NCBI GenBank assembly: GCA_963764165.1 | Contig: CAVXRD010000002.1 | Location: 2,656,001-2,720,000, forward strand | Reading direction: 5' to 3' | DNA from: an uncultured Verrucomicrobiae bacterium | GTDB lineage: Bacteria; Verrucomicrobiota; Verrucomicrobiia; Limisphaerales; Palsa-1400 | Length of the DNA stretch: 64,000 nt | Part shown: positions 49,303-59,688 of the stretch, piece by piece | Layout of the letters: each line of letters begins with the position of its first letter | Numbering within the stretch: the stretch's first letter is position 1 | Program-made: the position numbers and the translations under genes | The notes under the pieces: generated by a model | Database searches by the model: none | Seen by the model: the letters and a program-made list of their open reading frames with translations, nothing else | What the model was told of the DNA's origin: nothing

Positions 49303-50970
49303 TTACGGCGCGCCCAGGAGAATGACAATTCTTCCTGCGGCATTGGACTTCAGCCGAATTTTGCCATCGTCCAATGGCTCGAACAAACCCGCATCCGGGC
49401 CAGTTCTCATTTCATAGGTTGTCCCGGCGTAATGATAGGTGACGCAATTCGTCTTCACGCTTTCAATCGCGGCGCTCATTTTCCCGCCGCCGTACCATTC
49501 CCAAGCCCAAGCCAGCGGATGTCCGTGCCCATCGGTCGCCGCGCAGTAGAGGCCGGATTCGCCGCAATCCATGGAGAAAGAGCCGCCTCCGCGAAGCGCT
49601 TGCTTGATCTCCAAATCCGTCGCGTTCAATTCCTTCACTACCGGTGGCCCTTCAGGATCCATATTCGCACTGGCGCCGTCCGCGGAAATAATCACCGGAC
49701 GCATGGCGGCTTTTTGTTTTCCCGACCATTGCGCTTGATCCATCAACGGCAACGTTTCGTAAGCCAGCGAACGCGTGGCCAGCGGCGTTTCGTGCGTTGG
49801 CGAAACCAGCTCTTCGTCGAACCGATGAAGATCGCGAATGAAAAAACTGCCATTCTCCCACAGAACGTTGAGCCGATAAAACCGGCTGTCATACCAAACC
49901 GTCTTCCGGCCCTCATGCTTCCAATCGTCCAGCGCGACGACCGAAGTGGCGGGCGTGAGCGGAAATTGCCGGCGGAACCATTCGCCTGATTGCGCCAGCG
50001 TCTCCACCCGAATTTCGCCCGCCTTCGCTTGTTTCGCGAGCAGCGCCATTTGCAGTTTCTGGCCTGCTTTCATTGAGTCCCAGCCGAACGAATTTTCCTG
50101 TCCCGCCTGCGTGTAGCCGAAAGCAAGCGCGGGCTGGTGAATCAGGCAATCCATAAACCAATTCACCCAATTCGTCGAACCGCCTGCCGACGAATACACG
50201 GGCTCAAGCGTGAACATGCCCGGCGTCGTGCCGTGCTGATAAATCGGGTCGCTGCCCAGCATGCGGAATATGGGAACGTCAATTTGGTTCGCCTTGTTCT
50301 GGGCGGGCATGTAGGCATTCAAGCGGCTCGGGTAATACGCCTGATTCCAGTAACCGCCCCACAGCGTGTATCCATCGGTGCCAACTTGATCTTTGCAATT
50401 GCACGAAGCCACAACACCATACTTCTCACCCATGTAAGCCAGCGTGATTTCGTCGATATACCACGAGCCCACCGAGCGCGGATATGCGGCGAAGACCGCC
50501 TTGAAATCCGCCATGTAAACATCCACCAGCTTGCGGCGCTCCTCAGGCGTGTAACCCGGCGAAAATCCGACATTGGCGGTCGGATCCCATTCGTGGTGCC
50601 CGCGCCATTTCAAGCCCGCCTTTTCCACCAGCGGCTGCGGGAGTTCCCACCAGGCCGCGATTTCATCATTCGTCCCCAATTCCTCCTTGAGCAGCTTCTG
50701 GTAGCGCGGGTTGATCAGCGCGTCATACTCCAGCGCCCAAGTCGCAGGCAGCCCCAGCGACTTCGTCAACAAGATTTCCTGCCGTGTTGCCCCGAATAAA
50801 ATATCCTCCGAATTAGCGAGGCGGTAATCCGAATTGCGAATGAAATTGTAGATATTGACGATCTTCGGGCCGTCGGCGAAAGCGGTTGGAGCAACGGCCA
50901 TTGCGGCGGCGCTCAAAAGCGCGAAAGCGGACGGGAAAATTCGACCGAGTAACGTGATGCGCATTGTCAT
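49303..50970 (-). CDS. Secreted hypothetical protein, possibly carbohydrate-active
   Basis: 555 aa with signal peptide ending AFA; Trp/Tyr-rich motifs DGYTLWGGY, GQENSFGW; family not identified. Confidence 0.7.
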   Translation of the reverse strand: MTMRITLLGRIFPSAFALLSAAAMAVAPTAFADGPKIVNIYNFIRNSDYRLANSEDILFGATRQEILLTKSLGLPATWALEYDALINPRYQKLLKEELGTNDEIAAWWELPQPLVEKAGLKWRGHHEWDPTANVGFSPGYTPEERRKLVDVYMADFKAVFAAYPRSVGSWYIDEITLAYMGEKYGVVASCNCKDQVGTDGYTLWGGYWNQAYYPSRLNAYMPAQNKANQIDVPIFRMLGSDPIYQHGTTPGMFTLEPVYSSAGGSTNWVNWFMDCLIHQPALAFGYTQAGQENSFGWDSMKAGQKLQMALLAKQAKAGEIRVETLAQSGEWFRRQFPLTPATSVVALDDWKHEGRKTVWYDSRFYRLNVLWENGSFFIRDLHRFDEELVSPTHETPLATRSLAYETLPLMDQAQWSGKQKAAMRPVIISADGASANMDPEGPPVVKELNATDLEIKQALRGGGSFSMDCGESGLYCAATDGHGHPLAWAWEWYGGGKMSAAIESVKTNCVTYHYAGTTYEMRTGPDAGLFEPLDDGKIRLKSNAAGRIVILLGAP

Positions 50971-51106
50971 AGTGCAGTTGACAAAAGTTTTTGCATGCCG
51001 TGCTGCATAAATAATTCCATGAGCATAGTGAGACGACGCCTCACATACAAAACTTCATTCTGTGTGGTTGATAGAGCAGAACGGCAAGGATGAGCGCGAT
51101 GAAAAG

Positions 51107-51263
51107 CGGAGCGCGGCTGTGTCGAAGACCAGCCGCAGCATGTGCAAAGAGTTCAAGGTTAGGCACGCCAAAGGCCCAGAACGCCACGGAAAGTCTTCAC
51201 GAACTTCCGATGCGCCCTTCCTTCCGACGTGCTGCGGTTGGTCTTCGACACAACCGCGCTCCG
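51107..51263. repeat. REPIN-like inverted repeat, family B
   Basis: CGGAGCGCGGCTGTGTCGAAGACCAGCCGCAGCA ... TGCTGCGGTTGGTCTTCGACACAACCGCGCTCCG. Confidence 0.85.
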
Positions 51264-51286
51264 TTATAAGCGAATGCAAGTAAAAC

Positions 51287-51823
51287 CTATTTCGGCGCCT
51301 GATTGTGCGCCTCGACAAACCAGAGCCATTTATCGATGCCTCGAGACACTTCGGTGAAGATATCCGCAGTGTCGGCATCTTCCAGGCGATCAGCTTCATC
51401 AATCGTAGCGCGAGCATCCTTCCCAAAAGTGGAAAGCGCGCGGGAGACCGCTTCGACATGCGCGTGGCCATCCGCGATGTCCGTCGGATATTCCTCGAGG
51501 CGCGATTTCGCGGCCACCGCCCGCACCGTGCCAAAGGCTACGCCGCCAAGTTGAACAATCCGCTCGGCAATCAAATCCACGTATTCCTCGACCGCCTCAT
51601 CAATCTGGTCGAACAATTCGTGCAGGCCGATGAAATTCGGGCCCTTCACGTTCCAGTGCGCTTGTTTCATTTGCAATTGCAAATCAATGGCCGATGCCAG
51701 CCGTTGATTCATCAATTCGATGAGCGCCGTCCGCATTTCAAGCGGGAGGTCATTTTCAGTCTCATACATGGTGGGTGGTTCCACATGGTTCCTGACGGAT
51801 GTTCCCGATCTTTTTGTAGTCAT
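51287..51823 (-). CDS. dps: DNA starvation/stationary-phase protection protein
   Basis: KQAHWNVKGPNFIGLHELFD, DLIAERIVQLGG, DKWLWFVEAH. Confidence 0.95.
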   Translation of the reverse strand: MTTKRSGTSVRNHVEPPTMYETENDLPLEMRTALIELMNQRLASAIDLQLQMKQAHWNVKGPNFIGLHELFDQIDEAVEEYVDLIAERIVQLGGVAFGTVRAVAAKSRLEEYPTDIADGHAHVEAVSRALSTFGKDARATIDEADRLEDADTADIFTEVSRGIDKWLWFVEAHNQAPK

Positions 51824-51920
51824 AAATAAATTCGTTAAAGGTCTCGCCTGTCACAATAACATCTCCCACAAAAATCGCCACTGCTGCGAAACCCGCCCAT
51901 CATGGTAGGGACGCCTCGCA

Positions 51921-53603
51921 GAGACTGTCTCAAAACGTTTTAGTCTGGCCGATCTGGTTATATGGGCACCAATAGGGGCTGTGGAAACGGGTGTCAACTT
52001 TTAGTTGTCAGAGCGTGGCTGGCGTCAGCGATGACGCCAAGCTTCCCTTTCCCTCCTTTTTTAGGCCGCCATCGCCAAATTTCCTTCAACCGCGGCGGTT
52101 TTGACTTCCATTTTCGGCGTCTGGACCCGGGCCTGCCACTTTTTATAGAGGATTCGCAGGTTCAAGGTGGCGCATAACAAGGCCCATTGGGCTTGCACGG
52201 CTTCCAGACCCCAAACTGTCCAACGCCGAAAGCCGTCGTGTTGCTTGAGCTGCCCAAACCGGCGTTCGATGATCTCTTTGCGCTTTCCATAAAGCGCGGC
52301 GGGTCCTGGCTCTTGCAGCCGGGCCCGCATGGCTTGCACCAGCGTGGTGTGCGGCCACACTTCGACTTGCCGCCCTTTGGGATCGCGGCTGCAGAGGGCG
52401 CGCACGGGACAGTCTCGGTGATGGCAGCGGAAGCGCTCAACGGTCTGGCCTTTCTTGGTGGTCTGGCCTTCGTGGTCCAGAAGGCGCTCTTGCGGGCAGG
52501 TGACGGTGTGGGCCGCCTCGTCATAATGAAAATGCTGCGTCGCGTAGGCGTTGTCGTGGGCTGGCTTGCCCTCCGCCGGCGGGGCCAGCACATTCATCTG
52601 CTGTTCCACGGCCGCTTTCAAGTCGGCCCCGCCCCCATAGCCGGCGTCGGCGGCGGTGAGGGTTGGAATGGCCGCCGGACCGAGGTTTTGCCTCGCTTCT
52701 TCAATCATGGGGACCAGCTGGCCGGCGTCGGTTTCCTGGCGGGTGGCTTGACAGGCGACCATGATGCCCTCCTGGCTGTCGGCCACCGCCTGGGCGTTGT
52801 AGGCAAAGCGGTTGGTGTCGCCGACTTTCATCCGGCGCGCCTCCGGTTCGGCTGGATGGTAATGGTGGCGCCCGTCGGCCTGCAGCTGGGCCAGGCCTTT
52901 TTTGATTTCCTCGCGCAGGGCCTGGCGCTGGGCCAACCCGGCGGGCAGCCGGCAGCCCGGTGCGCTGGAATCCTGGTTCTCCGCCACGACTTTGAGCTCG
53001 ATTTCCTCCAAGGCGCCATCCAGCTGGGCCAGGAGCTTCTCCATGTAAACCTTGCTCCAGCCCTGCGGCCCGCTGCAGGCGGCTTGAATCTTGGTGCCGT
53101 CCAACGCTTGCAAGGCAAATCCCACCGCCCCGGTGCGGAGGGCCAGCTGCACGGTTTGCTTGAAAACCTGGCGCAGGGCCTTTTTGTTTCCGTCCCAGAA
53201 CCGCCAGAGGCTGTTGTGGTCGGGGGCGTTGAGCCCCGTCAGCCACAGCAGCGAGACATGCTCCGTGCAGGCGGTTTCCAGCTTGCGGGTGGAGCGAATG
53301 CGGTGGAAATAACCGTAAAGCCAAATCTTGAGCAGGAGGCTGGGGGCATAGGGCGGACGGCCTTCGGCGGCGGCGGGAATGACAAACCCAAGCTGGGGCA
53401 GATCCAACTGGTCGACAAATTCGCGCAGGAAGCGGGCGGGATGGTCGGCGGACACCCAGTCCTCCAGGGCGGGCGGGAGGAGGAACTGCTGTCCGTAATC
53501 AGGGGCAATCGGTTGAGCCATATTTGTTGAACGGCATTGTCAACTAAAGGCTCACATATTGTCAAATACATTCCTCAAAAAACAGAAGTTTTGAGACAAT
53601 CTC
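51921..53603 (-). mobile_element. IS1182-family insertion sequence (1683 bp)
   Basis: 16-bp terminal IR GAGA(C/T)TGTCTCAAAAC; flanks CGCA and CGCC; single transposase; splits a REP hairpin. Confidence 0.92.
52061..53521 (-). CDS. IS1182-family DDE transposase
   Basis: LLPPALEDWV..DHPARF, GRPPYAP, PDHNSLWRF, LDGTKIQA, YNAQ, ADAGY, IERRFGQLK. Confidence 0.93.
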   Translation of the reverse strand: MAQPIAPDYGQQFLLPPALEDWVSADHPARFLREFVDQLDLPQLGFVIPAAAEGRPPYAPSLLLKIWLYGYFHRIRSTRKLETACTEHVSLLWLTGLNAPDHNSLWRFWDGNKKALRQVFKQTVQLALRTGAVGFALQALDGTKIQAACSGPQGWSKVYMEKLLAQLDGALEEIELKVVAENQDSSAPGCRLPAGLAQRQALREEIKKGLAQLQADGRHHYHPAEPEARRMKVGDTNRFAYNAQAVADSQEGIMVACQATRQETDAGQLVPMIEEARQNLGPAAIPTLTAADAGYGGGADLKAAVEQQMNVLAPPAEGKPAHDNAYATQHFHYDEAAHTVTCPQERLLDHEGQTTKKGQTVERFRCHHRDCPVRALCSRDPKGRQVEVWPHTTLVQAMRARLQEPGPAALYGKRKEIIERRFGQLKQHDGFRRWTVWGLEAVQAQWALLCATLNLRILYKKWQARVQTPKMEVKTAAVEGNLAMAA

Positions 53604-53692
53604 CGCCGAGGCGTCCGGGGCGAGGTGTTCTATTCTCGAGAACCGTCCAAGAATCCACACGCAACCGGACGCCTCGGCGAGGCGTCCCTACC
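53604..53692. repeat. Right part of the family A REPIN-like doublet interrupted by the IS (left part 51904-51920)
   Basis: Joining the two flanks recreates the 46802-46933 element without its 30-bp insert. Confidence 0.85.
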
Positions 53693-53774
53693 TCGCTTCG
53701 CGATTAAAGAGTGAACGCCAATCAAAATTGCATCGCCGCGCCGATTCCCGTAGCGTGGCGGTTCTCGGTGATTT

Positions 53775-55466
53775 ATGGCCATGCAAATACCATTTTGGCT
53801 GCTGACTCTCTTGGTTTCCGGCATCGCTCTGCAAGCGAGCGATTCCGTTTACGATGTCGTCATTCGCAACGGCGTCATTTACGACGGCTCGGGCGGCGCG
53901 CCTTTCAACGGCGACATAGCCATTAATGGCGACAAGATCGTTGCGCTGGGAAATCTGGCGGGGGCGAAGGGAAAATTGGAAATCGACGCGCATGGCTTGG
54001 CGGTTGCGCCTGGATTCATCAATATGCTCAGTTGGGCGACCGATTCGCTCATTGTCGACGGCCGTTCGCAAAGCGATTTGCGCCAGGGCGTGACGCTCGA
54101 AGTCATGGGTGAAGGCGAATCAATGGGGCCGCTCAACGCCTCAATGAAAAAGGGAATGCTCGACGCGCAGGGCGACATCAAGTTTCCCATCGAATGGACA
54201 ACCCTGGGCGAGTATCTCGAATTTCTCGTCCGCCGAGGCGTCTCGTGCAACGTCGCCTCCTTTTTTGGGGCGACGACCGCGCGCATTCACGAAGTGGGCT
54301 ACGCGGATCGCCCGCCGACTCCGGCGGAACTGGAGCGCATGAAAAAATTGACGCGACACGCGATGGAGGAAGGCGCGATGGGTGTGGCGTCCGCTCTTAT
54401 TTACGCGCCCGCCTACTACGCCAAGACTGACGAGTTGATCGCACTGGCCAAAGTCGCCGCCGAATATGACGGGATGTATATCTCCCACCTTCGCAGCGAG
54501 GGAACGGATTTCGATGGCGCGCTGGATGAATTCCTGCGCATCGCTCGCGACGCCAATATTCGCGCTGAAGTATACCACCTGAAGGCGGCAGGCCGCGCCA
54601 ATTGGAGAAAGCTCGATGGCGTCATCGCAAAAATTGAAGCCGCCCAAAAAAGCGGCCAGCGCATCACCGCGGACATGTACACGTATGCCGCCGCCGCCAC
54701 CGGCCTCGATGCGATCATGCCACCGTGGGTTCAGGAAGGCGGTTACGATGAATGGGCGAAACGGCTGAAGGACCCGGCGATCCGCGAAAAACTGCGCGCG
54801 GAAATGCAATCCCCAAGCGACAAGTGGGAGAACTTTTACGTGGCCGCCGGTTCGCCGGAAAACATTCTTCTTGTCAACTTCCGCAACGACAAATTGAAAC
54901 CGCTCACGGGCAAAACCCTCGCCGAAGTCGCCGCCATGCGCGGAACACCGCCGATTGACACCGCCATGGATTTGGTGATCGAAGACGGCAGCCGGGTCGG
55001 CACAATTTATTTCATCATGTCCGAGGATAACGTTCGCAAGCAAATCGCGCTGCCGTGGGTGAGTTTCGATTCGGACGCCGGTTCGATTGCGCCGGAGGGA
55101 GTCTTTCTAAAATCCAATCCGCACCCGCGCACTTACGGAACCTTCGCCCGGCTGCTGGGAAAATATGTGCGCGACGAAAAAATCATTCCGCTGGCGGAGG
55201 CGATTCGGAAACTCACATCCCTGCCCGCGGCCAATTTGAAACTAGATCGGCGCGGCTCGTTAAAAGCCGGATACTACGCGGATATCGTTATATTTGACCC
55301 TGAGAAAATTCAGGACCACGCCACATTCGCCAAGCCGCACCAATATTCGACGGGCGTGGTGGATGTGCTGGTGAACGGCGTGCCGGTCATCAAGGAGGGC
55401 GAGCACACCGGCGCGAAACCAGGCCAGGTCGTGCGCGGCCCGGGATGGAAAAAGAGGCGGCGTTGA
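53775..55466 (+). CDS. N-acyl-D-amino-acid deacylase (D-aminoacylase) family amidohydrolase, secreted
   Basis: Signal peptide; IYDGSG, VAPGFINMLS, SHLRSE, PHPRTYGTF. Confidence 0.9.
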   Translation: MAMQIPFWLLTLLVSGIALQASDSVYDVVIRNGVIYDGSGGAPFNGDIAINGDKIVALGNLAGAKGKLEIDAHGLAVAPGFINMLSWATDSLIVDGRSQSDLRQGVTLEVMGEGESMGPLNASMKKGMLDAQGDIKFPIEWTTLGEYLEFLVRRGVSCNVASFFGATTARIHEVGYADRPPTPAELERMKKLTRHAMEEGAMGVASALIYAPAYYAKTDELIALAKVAAEYDGMYISHLRSEGTDFDGALDEFLRIARDANIRAEVYHLKAAGRANWRKLDGVIAKIEAAQKSGQRITADMYTYAAAATGLDAIMPPWVQEGGYDEWAKRLKDPAIREKLRAEMQSPSDKWENFYVAAGSPENILLVNFRNDKLKPLTGKTLAEVAAMRGTPPIDTAMDLVIEDGSRVGTIYFIMSEDNVRKQIALPWVSFDSDAGSIAPEGVFLKSNPHPRTYGTFARLLGKYVRDEKIIPLAEAIRKLTSLPAANLKLDRRGSLKAGYYADIVIFDPEKIQDHATFAKPHQYSTGVVDVLVNGVPVIKEGEHTGAKPGQVVRGPGWKKRRR

Positions 55467-55480
55467 TTAACCCACGCGCT

Positions 55481-55550
55481 CGGTAGGGCGAGGCTCCTGC
55501 CGAGCCGCTCCCCGTTTCCAAGATGGCTCGGCAGGAGCCTCGCCCTACCG
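55481..55550. repeat. GTAG-type REP inverted repeat, family C
   Basis: Perfect 26-bp IR CGGTAGGGCGAGGCTCCTGCCGAGCC with 18-nt spacer. Confidence 0.85.
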
Positions 55551-55724
55551 ACATTATCATTTCGCGGAGTCATTAATGTCACAGAAATTTTTCAGTTGCA
55601 GCGCGGGGGATTTGTGCTGAGAATCGGCGCCATGACAAATCCAATCAGTCCTGGCGCAAGTGTCGCCTGGCGCTGTTCGTCAGCATTCATTGCAATCCCC
55701 CGTTTCCTCGCCAGTTAAGTTGAT

Positions 55725-57653
55725 ATGCAACCGATTCATCTAGCCTGGGTAGATTACGCCATTCTTCTCGCCTACACTGCGTTCGTCATCGGCATCGGCT
55801 TTGCCCTGCGCGGCCAGTTGAAAACGTCGGCGGATTTCCTGACTTCCGGGCGTTCGATTCCGACCTGGGTAACCGGGCTGGCCTTCATGGCGGCGAACCT
55901 CGGCGCCCTTGAATTGGTCGGCATGGCGGCGAGCGGCGCGAAGTACGGCATATCAACGGCGCACTTCTATTGGGTCGGCGCGATACCGGCGATGATCTTT
56001 CTGGCCGTGTTCATGATGCCGTTTTATTACGGCTCGAAAGCGCGCTCAGTGCCGGAATACCTCAATCTTCGTTTCGACGGGCGCGTGCGCTGCTTCAACT
56101 CGATCACCTTCGCGGTCATGACCGTTTTCGCGTCCGGCATTTCGATGAACGCGCTGGCGAAATTGCTGCATCTGCTCCTCGGTTGGAATTACACCAGCAG
56201 CCTGTTCATCTGTTCGGCGATTGTGCTGGTCTACGTGCTCAAGGGCGGATTGACCTCCGCGATTTACACGGAAGTGCTGCAATTTTTCATGATCGTGCTC
56301 GGCTTCGCGCCGGTCGTTTATCTGGGGCTCAAGGACATGGGCGGATGGGATGCCATCAAGCAGAAATTGGTGGCTGTTTCGGCCAATCCGGCAGCGCTCT
56401 CACTAAATACAAAGACTTTCCAATCAGACGCCTGGACGAGCGCGTGGAAGCCTGTCCTGGCCGGCCCGAGCCATAACCCGATGGGCGTGGATTGGTTCGC
56501 GATCCTGTTCGGATTGGGCTTCGTGCTTTCGTTTGGTTATTGGTGCACCAACTTCCTCGTCGTGCAGCGCGCGATGGCGGCGAAAGACATGGGCGCTGCC
56601 CGCCGCACTCCGCTCGTCGCGGCGGTGCCGAAAATGATTTTTCCAGTCCTCGTCATTTTGCCTGGCATCATCGCCATTGCGCTGGCTTCGACACCGGGAA
56701 AAGGTTATCGGCTGCCGCCGGTTGCCATTAATGAATACTCGACTGCGATGGCCGATTTGAACGCGGCAAAAACCGCGGGCGCCGACGCGACTTACGCCAA
56801 GTTGCAAAAGGATCTCGACAAGAAATTGGACAAGGCAAAAGTTGACGCGCTCGTGGCGGACATGGGCAAAGGCAGCGTTCCAGAATCCGATGTCAAGAAT
56901 CGCTTGCAGGACGCTGTGACAGATGTCGATTTCGACGGAATCATCCTTTCGCTCGTCAAAAAGTATTGCCCACCCGGATTGCTCGGCTTGGCACTGACGG
57001 CGTTGCTGGCTTCGTTCATGTCCGGCATGGCAGGCAACGTGACGGCGTTCAATACGGTTTGGACTTACGATCTTTATCAGGCTTACCTTGCGCCCAACAA
57101 GCCCGATCGCCATTACTTCTTCATGGGCCAGGCGATTACGGTAGTGGGAATTGGTCTCAGCATCGGCTGCGCGTTTTTCGCCGCGCATTATTCGAATGCC
57201 ATGGACGTCGTTCAGTTGGTGTTCGGTTTTGTCAACGCCCCGCTTTTCGCCACGTTCCTCCTCGGCATGTTCTGGGCGCGCACAACGGGGACAGGCGCAT
57301 TCCTCGGACTGCTCGGCGGCACCGCGACGTCTGGACTATTCCACGCGATGACCATTGCGGAAGGAAACACGCCCGGCATCAAAGGCGGCTACCTCAAAGT
57401 GGTTCAAACATTTCCGAGCGAGATGGCGCAAAATTTCTGGCTCGCGACCTTCGCGTTCGGCGCCTGCTTCATATTGACAGCGGGCATTTCGCTCGCCACC
57501 CGCCGCACGAAAACGGATGCGGAGCTTAAGGGATTGGTCTATTCGATGACGCCGAAACTGGTGGATGCGAATGAACCGTTCTATTTGAAACCGGCTGTGC
57601 TGGGAACGATCCTCCTTGTGTGCTGCCTCATCCTTAACGTCATATTCTGGTAA
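55725..57653 (+). CDS. Sodium:solute symporter family sugar transporter
   Basis: DFLTSGRS, AANLGALELVGM, SVPEYLNLRF, VVQRAMAAK; upstream of galK. Confidence 0.92.
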   Translation: MQPIHLAWVDYAILLAYTAFVIGIGFALRGQLKTSADFLTSGRSIPTWVTGLAFMAANLGALELVGMAASGAKYGISTAHFYWVGAIPAMIFLAVFMMPFYYGSKARSVPEYLNLRFDGRVRCFNSITFAVMTVFASGISMNALAKLLHLLLGWNYTSSLFICSAIVLVYVLKGGLTSAIYTEVLQFFMIVLGFAPVVYLGLKDMGGWDAIKQKLVAVSANPAALSLNTKTFQSDAWTSAWKPVLAGPSHNPMGVDWFAILFGLGFVLSFGYWCTNFLVVQRAMAAKDMGAARRTPLVAAVPKMIFPVLVILPGIIAIALASTPGKGYRLPPVAINEYSTAMADLNAAKTAGADATYAKLQKDLDKKLDKAKVDALVADMGKGSVPESDVKNRLQDAVTDVDFDGIILSLVKKYCPPGLLGLALTALLASFMSGMAGNVTAFNTVWTYDLYQAYLAPNKPDRHYFFMGQAITVVGIGLSIGCAFFAAHYSNAMDVVQLVFGFVNAPLFATFLLGMFWARTTGTGAFLGLLGGTATSGLFHAMTIAEGNTPGIKGGYLKVVQTFPSEMAQNFWLATFAFGACFILTAGISLATRRTKTDAELKGLVYSMTPKLVDANEPFYLKPAVLGTILLVCCLILNVIFW

Positions 57654-57665
57654 GAAAGAAAATTT

Positions 57666-57884
57666 ATGGGTCTCGATATTCGCTTTCCAATCGGCATCAT
57701 GTTCTCCCTCATCGGAGTGCTCCTTGTGGGCTACGGCGCGATGACAGGCTCGGATACGGAGATGTACGCGCGCACCTCGCTCGGCACCAACATCAATCTG
57801 ATCTGGGGCGCCGTGCTGCTGGTCTTCGGCGTCGCCATGCTCGCGGGCGCCATCATGGGCCGCAATAAACCTCTCACCAAATAA
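57666..57884 (+). CDS. Small two-TM protein associated with the SSS transporter
   Basis: 72 aa MGLDIRFPIG..NINLIWG; tightly spaced between SSS and galK. Confidence 0.8.
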   Translation: MGLDIRFPIGIMFSLIGVLLVGYGAMTGSDTEMYARTSLGTNINLIWGAVLLVFGVAMLAGAIMGRNKPLTK

Positions 57885-57898
57885 CGCCAGGGCCTCAC

Positions 57899-59071
57899 AT
57901 GAAATTGCAGGAGCTCGCCGCGCAAACCGCGGACGAATTTAAGAAAATTTACGGACGCGCGCCGCGCTGGATCGCCGCCGCGCCCGGGCGCGTCAACGTC
58001 ATTGGCGAACACATTGATTACAACGATGGTTTCGTGCTGCCGATGGCGATTGAGTATTTTTCCGTGATGGCAGCCGACCGTCCCGTGAATGGCGGGACGG
58101 TGATCACAATGCGTTCCACCGCCGAAGCCGAAGCGGCGACCATCGACACCACGGAAACCATTTCAACCAGCCCGCTCAAATGGAGCAATTACCCCCGAGG
58201 CGTGATCGCAGGATTCGTCGCGCGCGGATTGAACCCGGGTGGACTGGATGTTTTGCTGCGCTCGACCGTTCCGCTCGGCAGCGGATTGTCTAGCAGCGCG
58301 GCCTTGGAAGTTTGCACCGCGACCTTGCTAGAGGCGGTCACGGGCACGCGGCTCGATCCCGTCGAAAAGGCGCTGTTGTGCCAGAAGGCGGAGCATGAAT
58401 TCGCGGGTGTTCCTTGCGGCATCATGGATCAATTCATTTCCGCAATGGGACGCGAAGGGCATTTGCTCCTGCTCGATTGCCGCACTCGCAAGACGGAACT
58501 GGTGCCGATGCAGGATCCGTCCATCGAGCTTTTGATTGTCAATACGAACGTCAAACACGAATTGGGCAGCAGCCAATACGCCCGCCGCCGCGCCCAATGC
58601 GAAGCCGCCGCCAAGATTCTCGTCGTCCCTTCCCTGCGCGACGCCTCCTTCGATTTGCTCGAAAGCGGCAAAGGCAAAATGGACGAAGAGACGTTCCGCC
58701 GCGCCCGCCACGTCATCGGCGAAATCGACCGCACCGTGCGCGCCGCCAGCGCCATCCGCGCCTCAAAATGGACCGAGGCAGGCGAATTGATGTACGCCAG
58801 CCACAATTCGCTGCGCAATGATTACGAAGTAAGCTGCTCTGAGTTGGATGCGGTGGTCGAAACGGCAGCAGCGATTGGGTTAAGCGGCGGCGTCTACGGT
58901 TGCCGCATGACCGGCGGCGGTTTTGGAGGATGCGCCGTCGCTTTGGTGAAGAGCGAAAACGTCTCCGCGATTACGAGTCAAATTGCATCCGGTTACAAAG
59001 AGAAGACGGGCATTGAGGCGACGATTTTCGGCTCCCGCCCTGCCTCGGGTGCAATCATCATCAAAGAATAG
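57899..59071 (+). CDS. galK: Galactokinase
   Basis: APGRVNVIGEHIDYNDG, GSGLSSSAA, CGIMDQ, RMTGGGFGG. Confidence 0.96.
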   Translation: MKLQELAAQTADEFKKIYGRAPRWIAAAPGRVNVIGEHIDYNDGFVLPMAIEYFSVMAADRPVNGGTVITMRSTAEAEAATIDTTETISTSPLKWSNYPRGVIAGFVARGLNPGGLDVLLRSTVPLGSGLSSSAALEVCTATLLEAVTGTRLDPVEKALLCQKAEHEFAGVPCGIMDQFISAMGREGHLLLLDCRTRKTELVPMQDPSIELLIVNTNVKHELGSSQYARRRAQCEAAAKILVVPSLRDASFDLLESGKGKMDEETFRRARHVIGEIDRTVRAASAIRASKWTEAGELMYASHNSLRNDYEVSCSELDAVVETAAAIGLSGGVYGCRMTGGGFGGCAVALVKSENVSAITSQIASGYKEKTGIEATIFGSRPASGAIIIKE

Positions 59072-59125
59072 TCAAATAGCCATCATTGGAGGCGGAAGTT
59101 TTGCCAACTTCTCGCTTTAGCAACT

Positions 59126-59647
59126 TTATGCGGAGGAACTGCCCGGCGGCATTCTGTCTAAATAATAATGCACAATTTTCAAGGCTTTCTCCAGCGTGAT
59201 GCCCTGGCTCTGATCAATGGCAAGCGGGTGATCTGAGGGTTGTAACTCAATCGATGGACGCAGTGCAGCCCCCCAGTAGTGCGCACGGGTTTTCAGCATC
59301 TCGGTGGTCGTCGCATAATAGTCAATCCGAGTGCATAGCCAGCCGAAAAACGGTCCAATAGAATTTGACTCGGGATGCTCCACATAAGCGCGATAGTTCT
59401 CCTCCTTATGCGACACCCAGACTCCAAATCCAAAGCCCTCAGGGTAATCGATGACTGGAATCTCAATAACTCCGCGCACAAAAAAGGACTTCCCATCAAT
59501 TTCGCAGGTATCAGGAGTCAATTTGATGCGCCGATCCCTATCTCCTTCCGACACGTCCCAATAGTGAATCGGACGATCGGCACCAATGTGTGGCAAGTCC
59601 TCATGCTGCCGGCCGCAAATTGGACACTTGTATTCGATCATCGTCAT
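59126..59647 (-). CDS. DUF2199-like hypothetical protein
   Basis: CPICGRQH, FFVRGVIEIP, GVWVS, FFGWL, HPLAIDQSQGI. Confidence 0.8.
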   Translation of the reverse strand: MTMIEYKCPICGRQHEDLPHIGADRPIHYWDVSEGDRDRRIKLTPDTCEIDGKSFFVRGVIEIPVIDYPEGFGFGVWVSHKEENYRAYVEHPESNSIGPFFGWLCTRIDYYATTTEMLKTRAHYWGAALRPSIELQPSDHPLAIDQSQGITLEKALKIVHYYLDRMPPGSSSA

Positions 59648-59688
59648 TCCTCAGCGGGAAAGAATAAGAGGCCCTCGAATTTTCCAAG

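Noticed and set aside
52187..53530. 447-aa ORF on the + strand inside the IS
   Set aside because: Antisense shadow of the GC-rich transposase
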